In this document: one piece after another, positions 37,607 through 46,033 of the stretch | Numbering within the stretch: position 1 is the stretch's first letter | How the letters are laid out: the number at the start of each line of letters is the position of its first letter | From: an uncultured Myxococcales bacterium | Lineage (GTDB): Bacteria > Myxococcota_A > UBA9042 > CAIXZC01 | Direction: 5' to 3' | NCBI GenBank assembly: GCA_964522395.1 | Contig: CAZFVN010000007.1 | Span: 25-64,024 of the forward strand | DNA: 64,000 nucleotides | Notes under the pieces: model-generated | Databases searched by the model: none | Told to the model about the DNA's origin: nothing | What the model saw: only the letters and a program-made list of their open reading frames with translations | Program-made: the position numbers and the translations under genes

Positions 37607-38436
37607 TCAGCAGCCTCCTCAGCTTCACCCGCGGCCGGATCTGCTATGTAGCGGCTCACCCGTTTGGCCAGCTTCCCAGCGATGAATCCATCCATTACAC
37701 GATGGTCAAATGTAGCAGTAATAATGCACACCGGTCGAATAACGATTTCGCCATCCACCACTACCGGGCGGTCCTTGAGGGCTCCGATCGCAAACAGCAA
37801 AGAGGTGCGGCTCATCGGCACTAGCGGCGGATACGCCTCGTCGATGCCCAGGCTGCCGATGCTTGTTACCATCGCCCCGCCAAAAGGGTCTTTGGGCAAT
37901 CCGGCCCAGCGCATGTCCAGGTTGAATGTGTAGCTGATAAAACCGACGATCCAGAGCAGGAAGCGCATGACAAAGACCGGGAAGAAGTTCATAAGCTTGC
38001 GCGTGTCCCCCAGTTCTTTGTCTTTTCCTTCCCTGACTTTGGCAGCCCGGTCCCGCAGTTCTTTGGCAATCTCGGACGGTCTTTTGGTGTCGACCTGGCG
38101 CAGGGTCGCTCCAGAGAGGTCTGGTGTCTCTCCAGGAATGGCAATTTGACAGAAGATATCGACGCTCTCACGCTGATATGACCGATCGAGACGGAGGCAC
38201 ACGTTACTCGCCGGAACGTCCCGCAGGCCTAGCGCCACCCCCCGCACCACCATATGTGTGGGAGTGACTTTCTCTCCGGTTCGTTCAGATTCGGCTGCAG
38301 CAAAGGCCATGGCTGGGCCCATGTCAACCTCCATCCGACCATAGACCGTCGGGTCCTTGGCATCACGCCAGTTGGCAAAAGACATCTTCCGCCACATAGA
38401 GGAACTTCGATGCGGTCGCAGTGGCACATTGGGCAT
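37603..38436 (-). CDS. 2-oxoacid dehydrogenase E2-type acyltransferase catalytic domain only (no lipoyl domain)
   Basis: FGGAMVTSIGSLG, RPVVVDGEIVIRP, TFDHRVMDG (HxxxDG); only 277 aa. Confidence 0.85.
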   Translation of the reverse strand: MPNVPLRPHRSSSMWRKMSFANWRDAKDPTVYGRMEVDMGPAMAFAAAESERTGEKVTPTHMVVRGVALGLRDVPASNVCLRLDRSYQRESVDIFCQIAIPGETPDLSGATLRQVDTKRPSEIAKELRDRAAKVREGKDKELGDTRKLMNFFPVFVMRFLLWIVGFISYTFNLDMRWAGLPKDPFGGAMVTSIGSLGIDEAYPPLVPMSRTSLLFAIGALKDRPVVVDGEIVIRPVCIITATFDHRVMDGFIAGKLAKRVSRYIADPAAGEAEEAAE

Positions 38437-38514
38437 AGCTCAATCTCCGCGTTATGTTTGAGACACATGGTAAAGCAAAAGAGATGCTAATGGAACAGCG
38501 ATAACGACCACTTC

Positions 38515-38928
38515 TCAGGGTCGCCAACTCCGATCTTTCTTCTTCTGGGATTGTTGGCGCTTTGACTCCAGGCGGCGTTCCTTTGCCGCCCGGGAAACCC
38601 GGGTTTTCACCCGCTTCTTCTTCACCACCAGCGCCTCCGCCAGAAGCCTGGCAAATCGTTCCAAGGCATCATGACGGTTGTCGAGCTGAGTGCGGTGGTT
38701 GTGGGCATCAATGAGGAGCCTGCCCTCTTTGTCTATTCGGTTGCGAAGCTTGTTGACGATGGTCTCACGCTGCCACTGATTCAGGCTCGGTGATTGCGAG
38801 ACGTTAAATCGCAGTTGCACCCGCGTATTCACCTTGTTGACGTTCTGGCCTCCCGGTCCACCACTGCGCGCGAAGTGGTACTCCAGTTCGTCGTCAGGAA
38901 TCTCCAGGTGGTCGTTGATTCGTACCAT
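38515..38928 (-). CDS. arfB: Alternative ribosome rescue peptidyl-tRNA hydrolase ArfB (YaeJ)
   Basis: ARSGGPGGQNVNKVNT (GGQ), basic tail KRVKTRVSRAAKERRLESKR; start moved to 38928. Confidence 0.92.
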   Translation of the reverse strand: MVRINDHLEIPDDELEYHFARSGGPGGQNVNKVNTRVQLRFNVSQSPSLNQWQRETIVNKLRNRIDKEGRLLIDAHNHRTQLDNRHDALERFARLLAEALVVKKKRVKTRVSRAAKERRLESKRQQSQKKKDRSWRP

Positions 38929-39011
38929 GAGGCGGATTGTACCCATGGGGGGGCACCATGTCGAGACAAGCTGACACCTGCCTGCTATACTCCCCAACGC
39001 AGGAGGGAGTT

Positions 39012-42000
39012 ATGAGGAGACGGTTGTGGGTAGCTGTCATATCAGTGCTTGCCGCATGCAGCACACCATCCGAAGTAGTGCAAGATGTGGTCGCAGATAG
39101 TGCCTCAACCATCGACACTACCAGCGACGTCAGATTGGCTGAGATGGCGGTGACGGATACCGTCCCGGACGCGTTCCAGCCGTTGGAATTGCCCCTGGTT
39201 GACGTGATTCCAGAAGCGCTGGAACCGGCCTGCCAACCGGGCGAGGGTTGTTTCTTGGACCCCTGCGCCGAAAACTCCGATTGTCTGTCGAGTTGGTGTG
39301 TCCAGCATATGGGTGAGCCGGTCTGCACCTCAACCTGCCAGGACGAATGTCCCCCCGGCTGGACCTGCCAGTTGGTCGCCGGCTCTGTCCCCGATGTCGT
39401 CTTCATCTGTATATCCGATTTCACCCATCTTTGCCGGCCCTGTGCCACGGCCGCTGATTGTCAGAGCGCGGTGGGTACAGAAGATGTCTGCGTTGACTAC
39501 GGCGTCGAGGGCTTTTATTGCGGGGCGGGATGTACGGCAGACGGGGATTGCCCGTGGGGGTTCTCATGTGGAACGACAGTCACGGTCGATGGGGTCAGCA
39601 CATTGCAGTGTGTGGCAGATGCGGGAGTCTGCCCCTGCACGTCAACTGCTGTCGAACTCTCCCTGTGGACGCCCTGTGATGTGGTCAATGAGTGGGGAAC
39701 TTGTGAGGGCAAACGGGTTTGCACGGATGATGGGCTCTCGGATTGTGATGCGGCAGTTCCTGCGGAAGAGTCCTGTAACGGGCTCGACGATGATTGTGAC
39801 GGAGATGTCGACGAAGGAACTTGCGATGATGACAACCTGTGTACAGAAGATAGCTGCCTCGGTGCGGACGGCTGCCAACATCTGCCGCTGGACGAAGGCG
39901 AGTGTATCGACGGAAATCCCTGCACCGTGGCGGATCACTGCATCGCCGGCGAGTGCGTGGGAACTGAGGTGATCTGCGATGATGAGAATCTTTGCACCGA
40001 CGATTCCTGCGACGAGACCGGCGGTTGTTTTTTCGTGGCTAACGACGTGGATTGCGATGACGGTAATCCCTGTACCGTCGCTGATCAATGCAAGGAAGAA
40101 GGGTGCGTCGGCTACGCGGTCGACTGCGCCTGTCAGGAGAACGCCGATTGCGGAGCCCTGGAAGATGGCGACCTGTGCAACGGAACTCTTGTTTGCGATA
40201 CGGAAAAACTCCCTTACCAGTGCGTCGTTGATACCGAGACTCTAGTGGTTTGCCCCCCGCCCGAGGGCGACAATGCCTTCTGTCTGGCGGCTAGCTGCGA
40301 CCCCGCAATAGGCGGCTGTTCCATGGTACCCGATCACGGTGGATTTGCCTGTAGTGACCTTGATGCCTGTACCATGGGTGAGGTCTGCAGCGAGGGCGTT
40401 TGTGCCGACGGTGTTCCGGTGAATTGTAACGATGGAAACCCTTGCACCGATGATAGCTGTGACTCCGCCACCGGTTGCGAGCACGCAGCCAACACCGCGG
40501 TCTGTAGCGACAATGATACCTGCACTGTTGGCGACATCTGCGTTGATACACTCTGCGTCAGCGGCGAAGCTGCCGACTGCGACGATGGGAACGTTTGCAC
40601 TGATGACAGTTGTGACGTCTCACTTGGTTGCCAGCACGTGGCCAATGACTTGGAATGTGATGATGGCGATGGCTGCACTCTGGGTGACTTCTGTGCGGGT
40701 GGCCAATGCCAGAAGGGCCCCAATACTGTCCAATGCAATGATTCAAATCCTTGCACCGATGAGGCCTGCGACGGGCTCGGGGGGTGTACGTTCCAGAATA
40801 ATAGTAACCCCTGTGAGGACGGGAATCTCTGTACCTTTGGTGACTCCTGCCAGGCGGGCGAGTGTAAGGCCGGTAACGTGGCGCTGCCATGCGACGATGA
40901 TGACCCTTGCACCGATGATGCCTGTGATCCTGGCCAGGGCTGCGTCTACTCGTTGAATGAGGCACCGTGTGAGGACGGTAACGCCTGTACAGTCGACAAC
41001 TTCTGCAGCGGGGGAGTTTGTGCTGGCGTCCTGAAGTCTTGTGATGACAAGAGCAAATGTACAGTTGACCATTGCGACCCTGTCATCGGTTGTTACTATA
41101 CGCCAAAATGCGAGGGCTGTGCGGGAATCTGTGTCGTCGAGATCTGTGACCCAGCTACCGGGGAGTATGATTATCTGCCATTGTGTGACGACGATAACGC
41201 TTGCACAGTCGACACCTGCACCGAAGAGACAGGCGGATGCATCTACATACCGGTTGACTGCGATGACCAGAATCTGTGCACAGAGGATACCTGCCAACCG
41301 GACGTGGGCTGCCTCAACCCCCCGAACCAGGTCCCATGCGATGACGGCAACCTATGTACGCTAAAAGATCAGTGCTCGGGTGGTGAATGTGTCGGTACTA
41401 CCCCTCTCGACTGCGACGACTCCAACCCTTGCACTGACGATAGCTGCAACGGTGAAACCGGATGCGTTCATATAGTCCACGACGGGGCGTGTGACGACAG
41501 TAATGCCTGCTCCGACGGCGATACCTGCCAAAATGGGCTCTGCATTCCCGGGCCCGAAACCGACTGTGACGACGACAACGAATGTACTGCCGATGGCTGC
41601 GATGAGCTGGATGGATGTGAGTACTTCGAATTGCCCGACGGCACCGCGTGCAACGGCGGGGGCAAGTGGGGATGCAAAGATGGGGACTGCGCCTGTACCC
41701 CCCAATGCGATGGAAAACTGTGCGGCGACGATCAGTGCGGCGGTAGCTGTGGCACTTGCGACGAAGATTACAACTGCAACCAGAACACCGGCAAGTGTTA
41801 CCCGGGTGGTGGCATTATCTATCGGGACTACACCTGGTACCTGGGCCCCCGGGGAAAGAGCTGTCTGGGGGTCTGCGAAGGGGCCGGGCTGACCTGTGCC
41901 AATCTCGTCGCGGTGAACTATCAGGAAAGCTGCGGCGACAATGTCTGCATGCAGTTCTTCCAGGGCCTCGGCTGCGACGGCGACGGTGATGGCCCCCGCC

Positions 42001-42131
42001 TCTCGGCCACCAATGCCCAGGGCCTCCCCAGCGGCAACTCCAAGTGTGTCTACCGCTCCAACAACTGGGGTGGCTGGTCCTGTGCCTGGGTCCAGCGAGT
42101 TGACGATGTCCGCTTCTGCCCGTGTGAGTAA
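39012..42131 (+). CDS. Large Cys/Asp-rich repeat surface lipoprotein
   Basis: Start 39012 (GGAGGGAG RBS); lipobox VLAAC; one EESCNGLDDDCDGDVDEG motif; about 20 C-x-D-x-N-x-CT-x(1-2)-D-x-C repeats; Cys hinge, then a small distinct C-terminal domain. Confidence 0.85.
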   Translation: MRRRLWVAVISVLAACSTPSEVVQDVVADSASTIDTTSDVRLAEMAVTDTVPDAFQPLELPLVDVIPEALEPACQPGEGCFLDPCAENSDCLSSWCVQHMGEPVCTSTCQDECPPGWTCQLVAGSVPDVVFICISDFTHLCRPCATAADCQSAVGTEDVCVDYGVEGFYCGAGCTADGDCPWGFSCGTTVTVDGVSTLQCVADAGVCPCTSTAVELSLWTPCDVVNEWGTCEGKRVCTDDGLSDCDAAVPAEESCNGLDDDCDGDVDEGTCDDDNLCTEDSCLGADGCQHLPLDEGECIDGNPCTVADHCIAGECVGTEVICDDENLCTDDSCDETGGCFFVANDVDCDDGNPCTVADQCKEEGCVGYAVDCACQENADCGALEDGDLCNGTLVCDTEKLPYQCVVDTETLVVCPPPEGDNAFCLAASCDPAIGGCSMVPDHGGFACSDLDACTMGEVCSEGVCADGVPVNCNDGNPCTDDSCDSATGCEHAANTAVCSDNDTCTVGDICVDTLCVSGEAADCDDGNVCTDDSCDVSLGCQHVANDLECDDGDGCTLGDFCAGGQCQKGPNTVQCNDSNPCTDEACDGLGGCTFQNNSNPCEDGNLCTFGDSCQAGECKAGNVALPCDDDDPCTDDACDPGQGCVYSLNEAPCEDGNACTVDNFCSGGVCAGVLKSCDDKSKCTVDHCDPVIGCYYTPKCEGCAGICVVEICDPATGEYDYLPLCDDDNACTVDTCTEETGGCIYIPVDCDDQNLCTEDTCQPDVGCLNPPNQVPCDDGNLCTLKDQCSGGECVGTTPLDCDDSNPCTDDSCNGETGCVHIVHDGACDDSNACSDGDTCQNGLCIPGPETDCDDDNECTADGCDELDGCEYFELPDGTACNGGGKWGCKDGDCACTPQCDGKLCGDDQCGGSCGTCDEDYNCNQNTGKCYPGGGIIYRDYTWYLGPRGKSCLGVCEGAGLTCANLVAVNYQESCGDNVCMQFFQGLGCDGDGDGPRLSATNAQGLPSGNSKCVYRSNNWGGWSCAWVQRVDDVRFCPCE

Positions 42132-42156
42132 CGATTTCGGTCCTAGTGAGGAGAAC

Positions 42157-44604
42157 ATGATGCGGCGGTTTTGGTGGGTAGTGGCGATGGTGGCGGCCTG
42201 TGGTACGACGAGCGAGAGTCAGGACGTTGATTCTGATGTCGTGACCGACGTGGTGGCGGAGGAGGTCGTGGCCGATGTAGACAAGACATCTGACGTAGCG
42301 GGGACTGATGAAGTAACTTCCGACCTCCCAACCTCCCCCGACCCCAACCACGTTACCGAAGAACTCAATCATCCAAACTGCCTGCCCGACGGCCCCTACC
42401 TGGTGCATAGGTCCGAGCAGGTCCGGGTCTCAGAAGTGCTGACCGACCTGGATGTTCACGCCGTGTTGGCCTATGGAGACCGGGTCTTCGCCGGTGCCGA
42501 TAGCGGGCTCTATGTGCAAGAGGCTGGGGCCGTGTTCTTTGAGCCGGTGGCCCTGCCCGCCCCGGGATGCGCGGTTCGTTCATTGGTGGCCGTGGAATTG
42601 GGCATTGCTGTGGGCTGTCTCCTGGACGATTGTGGCGGCGCAGTCATCTTGCTGGACGAGGAATTGCAGCCCACGGCTGCCACCGCTGCGGAATGTGGCG
42701 GCGAAAGTGTGATCACCATTATGCCCCTCGACTGCGGTGACTATTTCTATGTGCTCTACGGAACCACTCTTAGGCTGATCGATGAGATCGAGAAACCGTT
42801 GGTCGAGGGTGTTGCCGACACCGCATGCGTGAATGAGAATCCCTGGATCGTAAGTCCAGGCGGTGTGCACCGTTTGGAGGGAGACCCCGATGGTGGGGAG
42901 TGGGTTCCGGTGTGTGGTCCTCAGTCCTGCGGCGACCTGCAAATCATGGCCGGAGGTATAATTCCTTTTGCTGCCGGGGGCATCCGGGTGGCTGAGTTCT
43001 CCGCCGATGGGCTCAAGCAGGAGTGGCTCTCTGGCCTGAGCGGCCTGCCATACGATCACTTCACCGCTCTCGCCCCCTCCCCCGACGGCACGAAACTGGC
43101 CATTGGGCACGAAATCGGCGTGACTATCCTCCACCTCGAAACCGGCGCAACCGACTACTTCCACTCCAAACGGTGGCTCCCAGGGGAAGAGGTGCGTGGC
43201 CTCTCCTGGGAATCCGATGGTGCCCTCTGGGTGGCAACCAATGCAGGACTGGCCCGTCTTTGGAATGAAGAAATATACCTCCGGGACAAGGCCAATTTAC
43301 TCCTGACCAAGATGGAGGACTGGTTCTTTCGCCTCGATGGTTTTTTGACCGCCGGTGCCCAGTTCGATGATCCCTGGGAAGACGACACTGAGTTCCTCTG
43401 GGACGACGACAACGATGGCCAATGGACCGAAGAGGGAATCGGGGCCATGTGTTATGCCTACGCGGTCACCGGAGAAGAGCGCTACTACGAAGCCGCCCGC
43501 CGCTGCGTGGAAAACATGATGATGCTCATTGATATTCCTGCGGTCACTTTCGAAGAGGCTGGCATGAACCGGGGATTCATCTCCCGTTCCGTTGTCCGTG
43601 ACGACGAAGAGGCCTGCTTTGCCAGCAAAGTCACCGAGGACAACTGGCACCTGGTCCACTGGAGTGACGGGCATGACTACTACTGGAAAGATGATACCTC
43701 CTCGGACGAATTGACCGGTCATTTCTACGGGTTGCCAATCTACTACGACCTCTGCGCCAAAGATGATGCCGAGCGGGCCGAGATTGCCGAACATGTTATG
43801 GTTGCTGCGGACTACCTGCTGGACAATGGCTACCTGCTCCTCGACCTCGATGGGCTGCAGACTGAGCACGGCAACTGGACTCCAGAGCGCCTGACTATGG
43901 CCCTTGACGGGCTTCCGGCTTGCGTGGAGGCCGGTCAGGAGTTGGTCGACTGCATCGACTCCTGGGGTGGCGGCGCCTTCCTTGATTCCGTAGAAATCCT
44001 CAGTTTCATGGCTGCCGCGTGGCACGTCACCGGCGAGCTGCGCTTCCTGGAGTCCTTCGAGTATCTGGCCGGGCCAGCCCGAGTCGGCGAATCTGCTATG
44101 TTCACTGAAAATGTAGCTACCTGGACCGGGCGGGGCACAACGAACTACTGCGACCACGAACTTGCCGACCTCGCTTTTCTGACCCTGCTGCGCTACGACC
44201 CCGACCCCGACCGTCGCCAACAATGGCTCGACTCCATGCTGGCAGCGTGGCAGTACGAAAAGGGCGAGCGCAACCCCCTCAAAGCCCTCTCCATGGCCGC
44301 TAGTCTCTCCGAGAGTGAGGGCCTGACAGAAGGTGTCCAAAGCCTCGTTGAGTACCCTGATGACCTGCGCATGTGGCTGGTCGACAACAGCCACCGACTC
44401 GATGCCGAACACGACGTCAACGACCGTCACGACGACCCCCAGTTCAAGACCGCGCTACCCTATGACGAGTTGCCCATCTTGCGTTGGGACCACAACCCCT
44501 ACGGCATGATCGGCGGCAGCAGCGGCAACAACCGTATGAGCCCGGCGTTTTGGCTCCTGCCTTACTGGGGGCTACGCTACCATGGGGCGATCTGTCCTGA
44601 ATGA
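42157..44604 (+). CDS. Lipoprotein with beta-propeller and C-terminal (alpha/alpha)-toroid domain, function unknown
   Basis: Start 42157 (GAGGAG RBS); lipobox VAAC; propeller blades (LWVATNAGLARL); DDDNDGQWT, YYWKDDTSSDELTGH, YCDHELA motifs. Confidence 0.7.
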   Translation: MMRRFWWVVAMVAACGTTSESQDVDSDVVTDVVAEEVVADVDKTSDVAGTDEVTSDLPTSPDPNHVTEELNHPNCLPDGPYLVHRSEQVRVSEVLTDLDVHAVLAYGDRVFAGADSGLYVQEAGAVFFEPVALPAPGCAVRSLVAVELGIAVGCLLDDCGGAVILLDEELQPTAATAAECGGESVITIMPLDCGDYFYVLYGTTLRLIDEIEKPLVEGVADTACVNENPWIVSPGGVHRLEGDPDGGEWVPVCGPQSCGDLQIMAGGIIPFAAGGIRVAEFSADGLKQEWLSGLSGLPYDHFTALAPSPDGTKLAIGHEIGVTILHLETGATDYFHSKRWLPGEEVRGLSWESDGALWVATNAGLARLWNEEIYLRDKANLLLTKMEDWFFRLDGFLTAGAQFDDPWEDDTEFLWDDDNDGQWTEEGIGAMCYAYAVTGEERYYEAARRCVENMMMLIDIPAVTFEEAGMNRGFISRSVVRDDEEACFASKVTEDNWHLVHWSDGHDYYWKDDTSSDELTGHFYGLPIYYDLCAKDDAERAEIAEHVMVAADYLLDNGYLLLDLDGLQTEHGNWTPERLTMALDGLPACVEAGQELVDCIDSWGGGAFLDSVEILSFMAAAWHVTGELRFLESFEYLAGPARVGESAMFTENVATWTGRGTTNYCDHELADLAFLTLLRYDPDPDRRQQWLDSMLAAWQYEKGERNPLKALSMAASLSESEGLTEGVQSLVEYPDDLRMWLVDNSHRLDAEHDVNDRHDDPQFKTALPYDELPILRWDHNPYGMIGGSSGNNRMSPAFWLLPYWGLRYHGAICPE

Positions 44605-44724
44605 GCTGATGCGGTGCTTGAAAGAGGCTCTCTTCGGTCAACCTCGGGGCTCGGACTGGGGTCTTACGGTGACGAAGGTCGTGCGCATTTTGCTTATAGC
44701 CCGCAGGACCTGCGCGGCGGAGGA

Positions 44725-44753
44725 TTGACACCACCGGCCTCGTGCGCGATAAG
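44725..44753 (+). promoter_or_regulatory. Possible sigma70 promoter of asd
   Basis: TTGACA(44725-30)-17 bp-GATAAG. Confidence 0.45.
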
Positions 44754-44776
44754 GCGTGGGCCGCATGGAGGTGTTC

Positions 44777-45784
44777 ATGAAGAAGTCCCCTAGAGTCTCT
44801 ATAGTTGGTGCCACCGGTCTGGTTGGCCGCTCCCTGGTGGAGCTGCTTCAGGTTCGCAAGTTCCCCCTCTCCGAGCTGACTCTCTTTGCCTCCAGTCGCT
44901 CTGCCGGAACCACCGTGCCTTATCTGGACGATGAGTTGGAGGTCTTGGAGTTGACCCCCGAAGCCTTTCGGGAGAAGACCGATCTGGCGCTCTGTTCCGC
45001 GGGCCGCAAGGTCAGTTACATGGTGCGGGACTGGATCGAAGGAACGGACATTGTAGTGGTGGACAACTCCTCCGCGTTTCGTATGAATGATGAGGTGCCC
45101 CTCGTTGTACCAGAGGTGAACCCGGTAGCACTAAGGAGCCACAACGGTTACATCGCTAACCCCAATTGCTCCACGATCCAACTGGTCATGGCACTCAAGC
45201 CTATTCATGACAGTTTCGGCCTGCGCCGGGTTGTCGTTTCGACCTACCAATCTGTGAGTGGGGCGGGTCAGGAGGGCATAGACGAGCTTTCAGCGCAGAC
45301 CGTCGCCCTCTTCAATCAGGAGGAGCATGAGCCGAAGGTTTTCCCCTACCAGATTGCCTTCAACGCAATTCCGCAAATCGGCCCTCTGGGCCTTGAGGGA
45401 TACAGCGAAGAAGAACTCAAAGCAACCCATGAGACTCGCAAGATCCTCGGCCTGCCGGAACTTGGAGTATCTTGCACTGCCGTACGTATTCCAACATTCG
45501 CCTGCCACGGTGAGTCCGTCATGGTGGAAACTGAGAACGAAGCCTCACCCGAGCAGTTGCGCGAGGCGCTTTCAGCATTCCCCGGCGTCAAAGTTGTCGA
45601 CGTGCCCGCCGATAATCTCTATCCCGTGCCGACCATGACTGTCGACCTGGATGATGTCTTTGTGGGGCGGATCCGGCGGGATCTGTCAGCCCCCAACAGT
45701 TTTCATCTCTGGATCGTGGCCGATAACGTGCTCAAGGGCGCGGCCCTGAACACAATCCAAATCGCCGAAACTCTACTGGCCTGA
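44777..45784 (+). CDS. asd: Aspartate-semialdehyde dehydrogenase
   Basis: IVGATGLVG, DNSSAFRM..VPLVVPEVN, ANPNCSTIQ, STYQSVSGAG, CTAVRIP, WIVADNVLKGAALN; start 44777 (GGAGGT RBS). Confidence 0.95.
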   Translation: MKKSPRVSIVGATGLVGRSLVELLQVRKFPLSELTLFASSRSAGTTVPYLDDELEVLELTPEAFREKTDLALCSAGRKVSYMVRDWIEGTDIVVVDNSSAFRMNDEVPLVVPEVNPVALRSHNGYIANPNCSTIQLVMALKPIHDSFGLRRVVVSTYQSVSGAGQEGIDELSAQTVALFNQEEHEPKVFPYQIAFNAIPQIGPLGLEGYSEEELKATHETRKILGLPELGVSCTAVRIPTFACHGESVMVETENEASPEQLREALSAFPGVKVVDVPADNLYPVPTMTVDLDDVFVGRIRRDLSAPNSFHLWIVADNVLKGAALNTIQIAETLLA

Positions 45785-45828
45785 GTCTGCGTGCCAATCT
45801 GGCGTCTCGGCCGCGTTCCACACCACCG

Positions 45829-45847
45829 TTTTGACAAAAAGTCAAAA
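45829..45847. promoter_or_regulatory. Perfect 7-5-7 inverted repeat, candidate enhancer (UAS)
   Basis: TTTTGAC-AAAAA-GTCAAAA, about 130-150 bp upstream of the sigma54 -24 element at 45980. Confidence 0.5.
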
Positions 45848-45977
45848 TCGGGTTGCTCCTGCTCCCGACGGGAATAGGGTCTCTGCCCCGCGGGTTGCCC
45901 ATGACAGATGACGCAACTCCTTGTGCCACGCCGCTTGTGACGTGCGGTGAGCCGGAAGGTGACGGGCCATTTCCTTG

Positions 45978-45994
45978 CTGGTACGGACGTTGCA
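45978..45994 (+). promoter_or_regulatory. sigma54 (-24/-12) promoter
   Basis: CTGGTACGGACGTTGCA; GG 45980-81 and GC 45992-93 (N10 spacing); GGAGGA RBS and ATG 46034 follow. Confidence 0.72.
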
Positions 45995-46033
45995 TGGTAG
46001 AAACGGACTGGTTGTTTTTGGAGGATATGTAAG

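Noticed and set aside
41941-42156. Longer upstream starts given in the ORF track (also 38937, 19035, 52891, 47956, 50124, 27934, 34068)
   Set aside because: They overlap neighbouring genes or promoters; downstream starts have RBSs and place signal peptides at the N-terminus
43297-44430. 377-aa minus-strand ORF
   Set aside because: Antisense shadow of the 42157-44604 gene
45914-45929. Minus-strand TGGCAC...TTGC as a third sigma54 promoter
   Set aside because: GG to GC spacing is 11, not 10, and no gene lies downstream on that strand
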